Part shown: positions 1 to 11,838 of the stretch, piece after piece
Position numbering within the stretch: position 1 is the first letter of the stretch
Layout of the letters: each line of letters begins with the position of its first letter
Assembly: GCA_043228905.1 (NCBI GenBank)
Contig: JBHGNT010000016.1
Location: 18,662,001-18,726,000, forward strand
Reading direction: 5' to 3'
Source of the DNA: Azolla caroliniana
Taxonomy: Eukaryota; Plantae; Polypodiophyta
DNA: 64,000 nucleotides
The notes under the pieces: generated by a model
Told to the model about the DNA's origin: nothing
Databases searched by the model: none
Seen by the model: the letters and a program-made list of their open reading frames with translations, nothing else
Position numbers and translations under genes: made by a program

Positions 1-622
1 GCAGTCGAAGAGGAACACTCAAAAAGGGCAGAGTTCGGCATGACCTTGGAGGGACCGGCCGCCAGATGGCACCGAACACAAAATCCCAGCACCATCCCCA
101 CGTTTGAAACATTAAAGACAAAAATTTTGCATTTCTTTCACAAGGAGATGGACCAATGGGAAATGGTAGGCTTATTTTACAATATCCGGCAAGAACCAAC
201 GGAGAACATTCAACAATTTGTCATCCGGTTCCAGCGGATCCACAGTCAGCTCAGCCGGACACCACTGGAGGAAGAAACAAAGGCCATATTCTTAGCAGCC
301 CTCCGGGAACCCTTACGTACGGTCTGCACAGTTATTGATTTCCGCACCAGCAGCATAGATCAAGTGATCGACCGAGTTCGGGAAATGGAAACCTCAAGTT
401 CATGGCTAACCATAGGCGCACTTCAGCGTGCACTACCAACGGAAGAGGACCTCCGTTTCCGGCAAGCAATTCAATGTACGACATGCCTAAATGCCGGACA
501 TTTGACGTTGGAATGCACCATGCGTTCCCAATGCTTGCTCTGCCACTCCAGAAGTCACACAATGGAACGGTGGGAGTATAACTTGTTAAATCGGCAAGCA
601 CCACCGGTCTGGCAAATTGAAC

Positions 623-1070
623 TGTCATGAACACATGACCATTATGGCGTCACCCGGACTTGAACCTCGAACCTTGTAATCCATACTTGAAAACCTCAAC
701 CATTAAGATAGCTTATTGTTATATGAAACAATATAACAAAGCTACTTCTTGAATTACATTGATTATTGTAAAAACTCTAGATTTTTCTAGAATGTTCTAG
801 AATGTCCTAGAGCATTCTAGGTCTAGAACATTCTAGAACATTCTAGAAATCTCTAAGATATTCTATAGGAACCTATAAATAAGGGCATACGTGTATTCTC
901 AAATCAATTCGAATCAACACCAGTCTTTAGATCTCATTACATATCTTGTATCCATTCTCTTTCTTTCTCTATCTTATACATCCATTCTTCTCTTAGTATT
1001 TGGTTCCTTTCTTCTCGTGTTCTCTAATATCCTTCTTCCATCACTCTATCTTTTATCCTTGGTTCTGACA
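623..1070 (+). repeat. Element B 5' LTR (448 bp)
   Basis: Direct repeat of 7144-7587, differing by about 5 substitutions and a 4-bp length difference; TATAAAT at 874-880. Confidence 0.95.
785..848 (+). promoter_or_regulatory. Heat-shock element (inverted nGAAn) array in B LTR
   Basis: TTCtaGAAtgTTCtaGAA (785-802) and GAAcaTTCtaGAAcaTTCtaGAA (826-848), just upstream of TATA at 874; repeated in the 3' LTR. Confidence 0.7.
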
Positions 1071-1072
1071 GT

Positions 1073-1082
1073 TTGATTCGAA

Positions 1083-1084
<2 letters not shown>
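1073..1084 (+). promoter_or_regulatory. Putative self-priming primer-binding site of B
   Basis: TTGATTCGAATT, 2 nt after the LTR, is the exact reverse complement of AATTCGAATCAA at 906-917; no TGG tRNA PBS is present. Confidence 0.75.

Positions 1085-1086
<2 letters not shown>

Positions 1087-1140
<54 letters not shown>
1087..1140. repeat. (CT)n microsatellite
   Basis: Uninterrupted CT dinucleotide run. Confidence 0.95.
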
Positions 1141-1143
<3 letters not shown>

Positions 1144-1146
<3 letters not shown>

Positions 1147-1803
1147 AGATCCAAAAGACGCATAAAAGCAAAATTTTGTGTTCCGGTTGGATGCAAGATA
1201 TAGAAAAATGGTTTGGTAGATGGGATGCGAGACACTTGCTTCATGATGCATCATTAGATTCCTCTGTAAATGAGGCATTTTTGCAACGCCAATGTATCAT
1301 GACATGGGACAAATGTGGAGGCTCACGCTTCACACATTATACTACACATGTTGCACCTAACTACAAAACCATATTCTTCGCGGAAAGGGGAAATCGTACA
1401 CATCCATACATGTTAGAGCCCATACCGTTATCTGCCATTCGAACCATTGCTTCCATGCGACTTAGCTCACATGCATTGCGATGTGAAACAGGGCGTTGGG
1501 GTACAAGTGATGAGAGTGGTCGGCTATGCACACTTTGCCCTAAACAAGTTCGCGAGTCTGAGTATCACACTTTGATACAATGCTCTGCCTTTGATCATAT
1601 TCGACCATGCTTTCCACATCTCTTCGATCGAGCCCAATCTTTGCATGAATTCCTCTCACAACCACAATGTGCACTCTCGATTGCAACATTCATTGGTAAA
1701 GTTCTTGAACATCGAGAGTCACTACTCACTTTCACACGTATCACGTGAAATGTAATATTTTTGGTCTCATAGGTCATATTTGATCTCCGAAGACGATAAT
1801 ATA

Positions 1804-1834
<31 letters not shown>
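1144..1834 (+). mobile_element. 5'-truncated RTE/RTEX-like LINE 3' end inserted in the B leader
   Basis: ORF 1176..1748 with RLSSHALRCETGRW...CTLC...ESEYHTLIQC C-terminal zinc motif; (ATCT)n tail at about 1804-1835; possible TSD TCTCAT at 1138-1143 and 1833-1838. Confidence 0.75.
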
Positions 1835-1835
<1 letters not shown>

Positions 1836-1863
1836 CATCCTCCTTTGTAACCATCCTGAAACC

Positions 1864-3505
1864 ATGGCTGCCATTAACTCAGAAGAATATCTCACCCTTG
1901 TGGCAGAAATGGAGAACCTTAAATCCAAGTTCGCATCTCTTGAAGTAGAGAATCAACATCTACTTGGGGATCTACAAAAGGTTACTATAGAGAAGCAACA
2001 ACAACAAGAGGAGTTCACGCGACGAGTGCAACAGTTAGAGTCAACAATCATAGTGTTACAACAACAAAGGGTTGAAGGTCAAGGACTTATCAAGGAGCCC
2101 AAAATTAGCCTCCCAGCTAAATTTGATGGGTCGAGGGTGCATTTCCGAGGTTTTTTGAATCAAGTACGGTTGGTGATTCAAATGCATCCTGCGCGTTATC
2201 CAATAGATGCATCACGAGTCGGGCTAGTGGGCACCTTATTGACTGGCATAGTGTTGTCGTGGTTTGCTCCATTGCTAGAGAACAATTCTCCTCTACTGAA
2301 TAATTTCGAGGAATTTATCAAGGAATTTAAGGCGTGTTTCAGAGATACTAATGGGGCGAGAACAGCTTTCAACAAGATTCGTACACTTCATCAAGGTGAT
2401 CAACCAGCTTCGACATATGCTGCCAATTTCCGTCTCATCGCAAGCGATATTCCTTGGGATGAACAAGCTGTTAAGAGTCTATTACTAATCAATAGACCAA
2501 ATCAAGTAAAAAGGAAGAAAATAGATTGGATAGAAGAACCCGTTCCACCCGACCACCCCCGAGCTATGATCTAGACATAGCCAACCTACCACCGACGTCC
2601 CATACCGCCGGATATTAGGATGACTAATACCTTGGAAGAGATAAACACGATCGTCGAGACGAAAGCCTAGCCCGCACCACCGGTGTCTACGACAGCAGCC
2701 TTCCGACGTGATGATCGCTATGAGGGTAGCTAAGCCTCATATTTATACCTTTTCCTAGGCCCCTTGAATAGATGTGCCTTTCTAAAAGGCTCTCTATTCA
2801 TTGGTTGTCTAAATCATGATAGTGCATGCACATATCATTCATTCTATCCAATCATTAGTCCCCTTTTTAATAATAGTGAACATACCCTTCACTAATGTAA
2901 ATATTAGTGACCTACCCTCACCAACGTTATGTGTACATAACACAAGCCCTAATGGAGCAATTCCGTTCAGGCCTTCGTAGTGATGTCAAAGACTTACTTC
3001 TTACCTTCTCCGAGGATCCAAGGTCACTTACAGAAGCTATTAGTCGAGCAATACGGTGTGATAATCGCCTTTTTGAGCGTCGATGTGAGCGACAACAACA
3101 AATAACAAGATCAAGATTCACACCAACTTATGCATCAGTAACGGCGCAATCATCCCCAAGGCAAATGTATAGCCCTGCTCCAACTCCAAGGCAAACACGT
3201 AGTCCAGTCCAAATGGATAGTCCTGCACCCATGGAGACGATATGACTCAACGACGAGGACCGTTGTCAGAAGAAGAGAAGCAACGTCGTCGAGCAAACCA
3301 TCTGTGCTTATATTGTGGAGGTCCAGGACATATAGCCATTCATTGCTCCCGTAGGCCGAGACGTCAGGTAAATCAAATTTACTATGACAATAAAAATGAC
3401 TCCAACATTTTAGAAGTAGTTAGTGAATCTAATATTATGAATAATCCACCCTTGTCCAATAAATTTGAAGTCCTAAGCCAATTAGAAGAGGAGTTAAACG
3501 AATAA
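1864..3505 (+). pseudogene. gag: Element B gag, interrupted by a solo LTR and one frameshift near 3240
   Basis: EPKISLPAKFDG...RGFLNQV (sushi/PEG10-like capsid); frame resumes QALMEQFRSG after the solo LTR; knuckle [14 protein letters not shown]. Confidence 0.85.
2469..2942 (-). mobile_element. Solo LTR of family C (474 bp)
   Basis: Reverse complement of the LTRs at 11119-11591 and 17757-18229; TSD CAAGC at 2464-2468 and 2943-2947. Confidence 0.95.
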
Positions 3506-3537
3506 GTCCGGCCAAAATAGGAGCCATTTGGTTGGAC
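3493..3537 (+). promoter_or_regulatory. Putative -1 programmed ribosomal frameshift signal at the B gag/pol junction
   Basis: G TTA AAC in gag frame, 6-nt spacer, 11-bp stem GTCCGGCCAAA/TTTGGTTGGAC; pol is in the -1 frame and open across the site. Confidence 0.7.
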
Positions 3538-6500
3538 AACCCTAGATATGTACAACCTAGTGTGGGTTCCATTTCTTCCAAGCATGTTAGTAGAGTCTTC
3601 TCAGCCCTAGTACAAGTTAGGACACCCAGTTGTCAACTTCAAGTCCAAGCTCTCTTAGATACTGGAGCCAATTCTTGTTTCATGGATAGAGATTTTGCCC
3701 AAAAACACCAAATATCCTTGCATACACTTCCTTGTCCAGTTTCCGTAGTAGTGATTGATGGACACCCCATAGCTTCCGGGAAGATATTTGAAGAGTCTGA
3801 GCCAATACACATACTCTTGGGTGATTTAGGATGTGTAGTTTCCTTTAACATAATCCGTAGTCCTGAGCATCCAATTGTCCTCGGTTTGCCATGGTTCGAG
3901 CTACATAACCCTAGAATCGATTGGAGGAAGCGAGAAATTAGGTGCCCTTTAGCAGAAAATATCATTGTCAAGGATCGAACTCAGGATTATCCTCCTAAAC
4001 TATATAGTTCTACCGATGCACCATATCCTTCTCATCAAATTTCAGCCATCACATTACAACAATTACGCCAAGTGGGAGGCAAGGAGGACCTTTTCTTATT
4101 TGCAGTATCAGTGACACCTTCTAGTGTCAGTCAAGGGAATTCAGACATCCAAATTCCCAAAAAATATCAAGACTATGCTGATGTTTTCGACAAAGTCAAA
4201 GCTAGTGGTCTTCCAAAGCATTGGTCGTACGACTGTCCTATTGATCCCCAACCAGGAAAAGAGCCACCATGGGGTCCGATTTACAATTTATCACCCACTG
4301 AGCTTGAGGTTCTTCGAGAATACATCGAGGAAAATCTTGCACATGGGTTTATTCGACATTTCAAAGTCTCTAGTTGGTGCTCCTATCTTTTGTGAAGAAA
4401 AAGGACGGCTCCCTTCGTTTGGTTGTGGACTATCGAGGCTTAAATAAAGTCACCATAAGGAATAGGTATGCTTTACCTTTAATCTCCAATCTCTTAGAAC
4501 ACATTGGTGGGGCAAAGCATTTTACCAAAATTGATCTAAGGGGTGCATATAATCTTGTTCGAATTCGGCCGGGAGATGAGTGGAAAACAACATTTCGTAC
4601 TCGGTATGGTCATTTCGAGTATACAGTCATGCCTTTCGAACTCACAAATGCACCTGCAGTATTCCAACATATGGCAAATGACATCTTCCAAGATTTCTTG
4701 GATATTTTTCTAATCATCTACCTAGATGATCTATTGATTTACTCTAAAACACAGGGGGAGCATGATATACATGTGCGGCAAGTACTTGAACGCCTAAGGA
4801 AGTATGGTCTTTATGCCAAACTTGAGAAATGCAGTTTTGATTGCAAACAAGTCGAATTTTTGGGATACACTATTTCATCCCAAGGTGTTTTCATGAACCC
4901 GACAAAAGTCCAAACAATATTGGAAAGGAAACCCCCATGCTCAGTTCGGGATGTCCAGTGTTTCCTCGGATTTGTGAACTTCTATCGCAAATTCATACAT
5001 AATTATTCAAGCATTGTGTTGCCCCTTATTCAACTCACCAAGAAAAATCAAGCATTTTTTTGGAGTATCGAAGCGGACAAGGCTTTTACGCAACTGAAAG
5101 AGGCATTCACATCAGCACCCATCCTAGCACATATTGATCCTGAAAAGCCATTTACTATTGAGGCGGATGCATCAGACTTTGCATTGGGGAGTATCCTATC
5201 GCAACTAGGCGAGGACGGGCAGACACATCCAGTCGCGTTTCACTCGAGAAAATTTATTGTTTCGGAGATAAACTATGAGGTGCATGACAAGGAGTTACTA
5301 GTTGTGGTCGACTCATTCGAGCAATGGCGTCATTTTCTAGAAGGATCACCTCATCAGATTATCATTTATAGTGATCACAAAAATCTCACATATTTTCAAA
5401 CAGCGCGAGTATTAAATAGACGACAAGCTCGGTGGGCCCAATTTCTAACGGGTTTCGATTTCAAGATCATTTTTCGCCCCGGAAAACAACAAGGGAAAGC
5501 AGATGCTCTGTCTCGGTCTTCGTATCTAGCACTTCGACCTGGAGATCCGGCCTTTGACAATCAAAAGCAAACTCTCCTCGGGCCATCAAAGCTACAGGTA
5601 ACAACAATTTATGCCACGCCACTTGATTCTACCCTTCTTGACACTATTCGGCAACAACTTCATTCGGATGATTTTGCTAAGGATGTCTTAGCCCACTGTG
5701 GTTCAAGTCGTCCATCTTGCTCCACATTGCCAGGGTCATCTCAACATTATCAGGACTTCATGTGGCAAGATGGCTTACTCTTCTACAAGAATCTCCTTTA
5801 CGTCCCCGACGGATCACCCCGACTTCAAGTATTGGAATATTGTCATGATGCCCCCATGGCTGGACATTTTGGCATTTCCAAGACCATTGAGCTGGTGAAA
5901 CGTTCGTTTTGGTGGCATCACTTGCAAAACTTTGTCGAAGATTATGTTCGCACTTGTGACACCTGTTGTCGCGCCAAAATACCCCGGCATCACCCTTATG
6001 GCTTACTACAACCATTACCCCCTCCCAACAAGCGATGGCAGTCTATTTCGATGGATTTCATTATGGATCTGCCACCTTCCAAAGGCTTTGATACTATTTT
6101 AACAGTAGTGGATCGGTTCACCAAGATGGCACATTTTGTACCATGTGTAAAGACCATCAATAGTGAAGAAACTGCAGATCTCATTATGCGTGAAGTGTTT
6201 CGCCATCATGGTCTCCCGAATGATATTATTAGCGATCGAGGCCCTCAATTTATCTCACACTTTTGGAAGCACCTATGGGCAGGCCTCAAAATCTCTTGCA
6301 AACTCTCTTCGGCTTATCATCCACAAACTGACGGACAAACAGAGCGCACAAATCAAACGCTCGAGCAATATCTTCGATGTTTCCTTAGTTATCAACAAGA
6401 TGATTGGAGTAATATTTTACATCTTGCCGAGTTTGCATACAACAACACGGTCCACTCTTCTACCAAAGTTACACCTTTCTTTGCCTACACCGGCAACCAC

Positions 6501-7159
6501 CCTCGATGGTGTATATTGGATCTTCCCGAGGTGTCACAAAACCCTAGTGTGGCGCATCACCTTCACCGACTACAACAAATCCAGTTTAAGTTATCGTCAC
6601 ATCTTCAGAAAGCGCAAGCACACCATAAGACCAATGCCGATCGACATCGTCTTAAGTCTCCGTTTAAGGTTGGTGACCGTGTATGGTTGCTTCGTCGTCA
6701 CATCAAGACTACCCGACCGTGTGCTAAGCTTGACTATCAACACTTAGGTCCTTTTGTCATCGCGGCGCAGATTAATGATGCAACATTTCATCTTAACCTT
6801 CCTGCACATATGTGGCTTCACCCTGTCTTTCATAGCTCTCTTTTGGAACCTTGCCACACCTCTTTAATTCCTAATCGTGTCATGCCACCACCGCCTTCTG
6901 TACAACTTGTGGACGGCCCCAATACGAGGTAGCTGCAATTCTCGATTTTAAGATTGTGCACAATAAGCTTTATTATCTAGTTGATTGGCTTGGCTATCCT
7001 CCGAGTGATCGCACTTGGGAACCCATCGATAACGTTTGTAATGTTGAAGCTCTGGTCAACGACTTCCATCGTCACTATCCAAACAAACCCGGCCCAACAA
7101 TGTTAACGTCGACTTCCACTCGGCGTTCTCGAAGGAGGGATAGTGTCATGAACACATGA
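3499..7159 (+). pseudogene. pol: Element B pol (PR-RT-RH-INT-chromodomain) with frameshifts near 4365 and 6920
   Basis: LLDTGA protease, YLDD RT, IEADASD RNase H, H-H-C-C and D-D-E integrase, chromodomain YLVDWLGYPPSDRTWEP. Confidence 0.9.
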
Positions 7160-7587
7160 CCATTATGGCGTCACCCGGACTTGAACCTCGAACCTTGTAA
7201 TCCATACTTGAAAACCTCAACCATTAAGATAGCTTATTGTTATATGAAACAATAAAAGCTACTTCTTGAATTACATTGATTATTGTAAAAACTCTAGATT
7301 TTTCTAGAATGTTCTAGAATGTCCTAGAGCATTCTAGGTCTAGAACATTCTAGAACATTCTAGAAATATCTAAGCTATTCTATAGGAACCTATAAATAAG
7401 GGCATACATGTATTCTCAAATCAATACGAATCAACACCAGTCTTTAGCTCTCATTACATATCTTGTATCCATTCTCTTTCTTTCTCTATCTTATACATCC
7501 ATTCTTCTCTTAGTATTTGGTTCCTTTCTTCTCGTGTTCTCTAATATCCTTCTTCCATCACTCTATCTTTTATCCTTGGTTCTGACA
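7144..7587 (+). repeat. Element B 3' LTR (444 bp)
   Basis: TGTCATGAAC...TTCTGACA, preceded by PPT and followed by TSD. Confidence 0.95.
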
Positions 7588-10500
7588 TGAACCACGGAGC
7601 AACCAAGAGAAAGAAGAAGAATGTTGGCGGCGAGAGGAGTGCTACCGACCGGCACAAGATGTCTGGTACATCGATCGAAGAGATGCTTATGACCGGTATG
7701 ACAGACATGATAGCTACCGGGACTATAATGGACGGTACGAGAGATACAACCGGGATCACTCCCCTGGTTATAACCACCAACAGGACGACTATGGCAAGTA
7801 TGAAAACCAACACCGTCAAGGTTACCGAAACAAAAAGAATTTCAAGAAACGTCATTTCAACAAAAAGGGGGGTCATCCACGGGAACCGGAAAAGGGCGCT
7901 CCAAGCAGCCAACCAGAACAAAACCAAGCACTTACCACAGGACCTCCACCAAGCACACACGCCGAATCCAGAAACACCCGGAAGTCGTACTGTTATTATT
8001 GCCGGCAAGAAGGCCACTATAGTAATCAATGTCCGGCGAAGAGCTACGACAAGAGACCAGCGGTGAACATGGTAGACGCGAAAGTCGCGGACATACAACA
8101 AGTCACTACAAGGTCAAAAGGCAAAGCCACGGAGTGGGAAACTCAAGAAGCCATCCGGAAGCAGGCAACCGAATGGGTGAAGAAGGCAAATGAGCGGAAT
8201 GCGGCAGAGCTCGAACAACAAAAGGAGAATGCCGAAGAGCTCACCGGCCCAGGGCAGCCCGAAAACCCAACATGGCAGGCGTTACAAGAATGCCAAATAA
8301 GTTGTCGTTAGGCCGGCTATTGCAACTGGTACCACACTTCACGGAAGGACTGAATACAGGAAGGACGGCAACTGACACACCACCGGCTCCGGCATTCTTT
8401 TCAAATCCGGAGGAAGGACCGGCAGTGGTGGACACGAGCAATTCGGCAATCACAGCCATCGTGAAAGGAAATGAGCTATCAAGCACGATTATCGATGGAG
8501 GATCCGGCGTGAACATGATCAGCCTCTGAACGTGTAACACTCTAGGAATCCATGACTGGGAACCGTGCCCGTTTTGGCTTCGGATGGCGGACACAAGCTC
8601 AGTACGGCCGACCGGATTAATACGTGATCTGGAAGTGACCACCGGGGGTCACACATTTCGCATTTCCGCAGTAGTTCTCCAGCTACAGGCTCAGGGAGCT
8701 TACCCACTATTGTTGGGACGCCCTTGGTTAAAAACAGCACACATCAAGCAAAACTGGAGGAAGAATATAATTACGTTCCGGCGTGGAAAAGCGAAAGTAC
8801 GAGTACCGACTCAACCACGATCCGGTACCGGCAAGGAATCAACGCCGCTATATGCGGAATGTGTCAACATGCTGGAAGGATTGGCGGACGAAGAGGTCGA
8901 TCAATACTGTTCGAGATCGTACCTCTGTTCGAGATTGATGTAACCGAAGCAGTATCACCGTACATACTGCAACCGGACGGGACCGACGAGGAACCGGATA
9001 AAGAAGCAATCCGGGAATTACGGCAAGCACAGGAGGCACTGGAAAAAGAAATGGCAGTATCACAGCACGTGAAAGCATCCCAACTAGAAGAGGTAAACCT
9101 AGGTACCACAGAGGACACAAGACCGGTGCACATCGCCAAGGAAATGACCCCGGAGAACAAAACGGCAATGATCACACTCCTAAAAGAATTTCACGATGTG
9201 TTCGCCTGGTCCTATGAGGACATGCGGGGACTCAATCCTCAATTGTATCAACACCAGATACATCTGAGTAAAGACGCCAAACCGGTAGTGCAACGGCGTT
9301 ACCGGATGAACCCGAATTACGCAGCAAAAGTCAAAGAAGAAATCGACAAGTTGCTAAGAGTGGGCTTCATCCGACCGGTAAAGAAAGCCACATGGCTCAA
9401 CCCGATAGTCGTAGTACCCAAAAAGAACGGTAAGATAAGAGTTTGCATCGACTATCGGAAATTGAATGTGGCTACGGTAATGGACGCCTTCCCACTTCCA
9501 TTCACGGATGGAGTCCTGAATGCGGTCGCCGGTCATGAGGTGTACAGTTTTCTGGACGGTTTCAGCGGCTATAATTAGATCCGGATGCACCCCGCCGACC
9601 AGGAGAAAACCGCTTTTGTCACCGAATGGGGAGTCTTTGTTGCCGTAGTGATGATGTTCGGACTAAAAACGGCGCCGACAACCTTCCAGCGGATCATCAT
9701 GGAGATTTTCGGAGAATTCATTCCAGCATTCATGCAGGTGTTCTTGGATGACTTCGTTGTTTATAGCCAGGAAGGGGATCACCTTCAGCACCTCCGAATA
9801 TGTCTTGAGAAATGTAGGGTTTACCGACTAAGCCTGAACCCAGCAAAATGCGTGTTCGGAGTAACCAGCGGAGCGGTATTGGACCACATAGTGAGCAAGG
9901 ACGGTATCGCAGTGGATCCAGACAAAGTAAAAGCAATCCTAGAGGCACCAGCACCAGCCACGGCAAAGGCACTAAGCCGGTTCTTAGGACAAATTCGGTG
10001 GCATAGCCGAATGCTCCGGTATCTGGCAGACCTGGCTACACCATTGCATGCCCAGTACATTGGACACCGTTCCGATGGACGGACACAGAGGACCAGGCTT
10101 ACCGGGCACTAAAAGTACTGTTGTCACAAGCACCGGTAGTGCAACCTCCAGATTGGTCTAAAGAGTTCCATGTGTTCATTGACACGTCCGACATCGCAAT
10201 CGGGAGCGCGTTGATGCAACTTACAGAACCGAAATGGTACCGGCCATTGTATTATGCCAACCGGAAGTTGTCCCAAGCGGAACGTAATTATTCCACAACG
10301 GAAAGATAGGCCTTGGGTATGATCTACAGTGTCACCAATTTAGACACTATCTGCTGGGAAGGAAATTTTCCTTTCACGTAGATCATTCGGCGCTCCTTTA
10401 CTTGGTGTCCAAAGCATCACTCACCGGTAAGCTGGCCCGGTGGACGTTACTATTACAAGAATTTGAGTTCGAGATATTCCACCGACCCGGCATACAACAT

Positions 10501-11592
10501 GCGGTAGCAGATTATTTGAGCCGGTTAGATTCCAGCGAAACCGGTGACGGCATCCTAGACGACTTTCCAAATGCAGAGCTGTTTAGAGTTACATCAAAAA
10601 CGGCAATGGATGGTACGGTCGCAGAGGAAGACAAGTGGCTCACCAACATGCACCAATTTCTGAGCACCGGCTTACCTCCGGAGGAGATGGTGGTTGGAGG
10701 ACATTATGCCGGAGACGCTACGGCAAGGAAAATATGGCAGAGTGGATTATAGTGGCCGACAACATTGAAGGATGCAGTCCGGTACACTAAAGAATGCGAC
10801 CTATGTCAGCGAATAGGCCAACCAACTGAACAAGCCAGGATGCCTCACCAGCCTGTGCTACCGTTAGAACCATTTCAAAAATGGGGGCTAGATTTTGTCG
10901 GTCTATTCAAACCACCGGCAATGAGAACCGGCAACCGGTACGTGATCGTCACTACGGATTACTGCACAAAATGGGTGGAAGCCAAAGCACTACGCACAAC
11001 ACCGCGGCATCCACGGAAATTTTTTTATATGAATGCATCTGGTGCCGGTATGGATGTCCGATAGAGCTCATAAGTGATCAAGGTGGGCACTTCTTAGGGC
11101 AAGTAGTGGAAAGTCTGATGTTATGTACACATAACGTTGGTGAGGGTAGGTCACTAATATTTACATTAGTGAAGGGTATGTTCACTATTATTAAAAGGGG
11201 ACTAATGATTGGATAGAATGAATGATATGTGCATGCACTATCATGATTTAGACAACCAATGAATAGAGAGCCTTTTAGAAAGGCACATCTATTCAAGGGG
11301 CCTAGGAAAAGGTATAAATATGAGGCTTAGCTACCCTCATAAGGATAATCACGTCGGAAGGTTGCTGTCGTAGACACCGGTGGTGCGGGCTAGGCTTTCG
11401 TCTCGACGATCGTGTTTATCTCTTCCAAGGTATTAGTCATCCTAATATCCGGCGGTATGGGACGTCGGTGGTAGGTTGGCTATGTCTAGATCATAGCTCG
11501 GGGGTGTTCGGGTGGAACGGGTTCTTCTATCCAATCTATTTTCTTCCTTTTTACTTGATTTGGTCTATTGATTAGTAATAGACTCTTAACAG

Positions 11593-11604
11593 TGGTATCA
11601 GAGC
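11593..11604 (+). promoter_or_regulatory. tRNA-iMet primer-binding site of C
   Basis: TGGTATCAGAGC 1 nt after the LTR end. Confidence 0.9.
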
Positions 11605-11838
11605 TTTTACTAACAATTTTTTTGTTGTTTTGATGTTTTTTGCGTGTGAGCGAGGGGGATCTAACAAGGCTCGTCATGCTCTTCTCAGGATCAAAACAAC
11701 ACTCTAAACCCGGTATTCTTCTTTTTTGATCTCTTCTCTTTTTCTATTATGCGTTCTTTATGGTCGAATCAAATTGGTATTACGTTTTATTCTCTTTCTT
11801 TCTACCTCCTACTACGCTACGATTTTACTTATTATTAT

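Larger units (their letters stand above)
623..7587 (+). mobile_element. Element B: full-length chromovirus (Tcn1/Tf1-sushi-like) LTR retrotransposon, inactivated
   Basis: TG...CA LTRs 623-1070 and 7144-7587; TSD TGAAC at 618-622 and 7588-7592; PPT GAAGGAGGGATAG 7131-7143; gag-pol with chromodomain. Confidence 0.95.
40..8311 (+). pseudogene. gag: Element A gag, split by B (pieces about 40-622 and 7593-8311)
   Basis: Retrotransposon gag-like ORF 40..630 with CTTCLNAGHLTLEC knuckle; another knuckle, CYYCRQEGHYSNQC, near 7990-8031 after the insertion. Confidence 0.75.
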
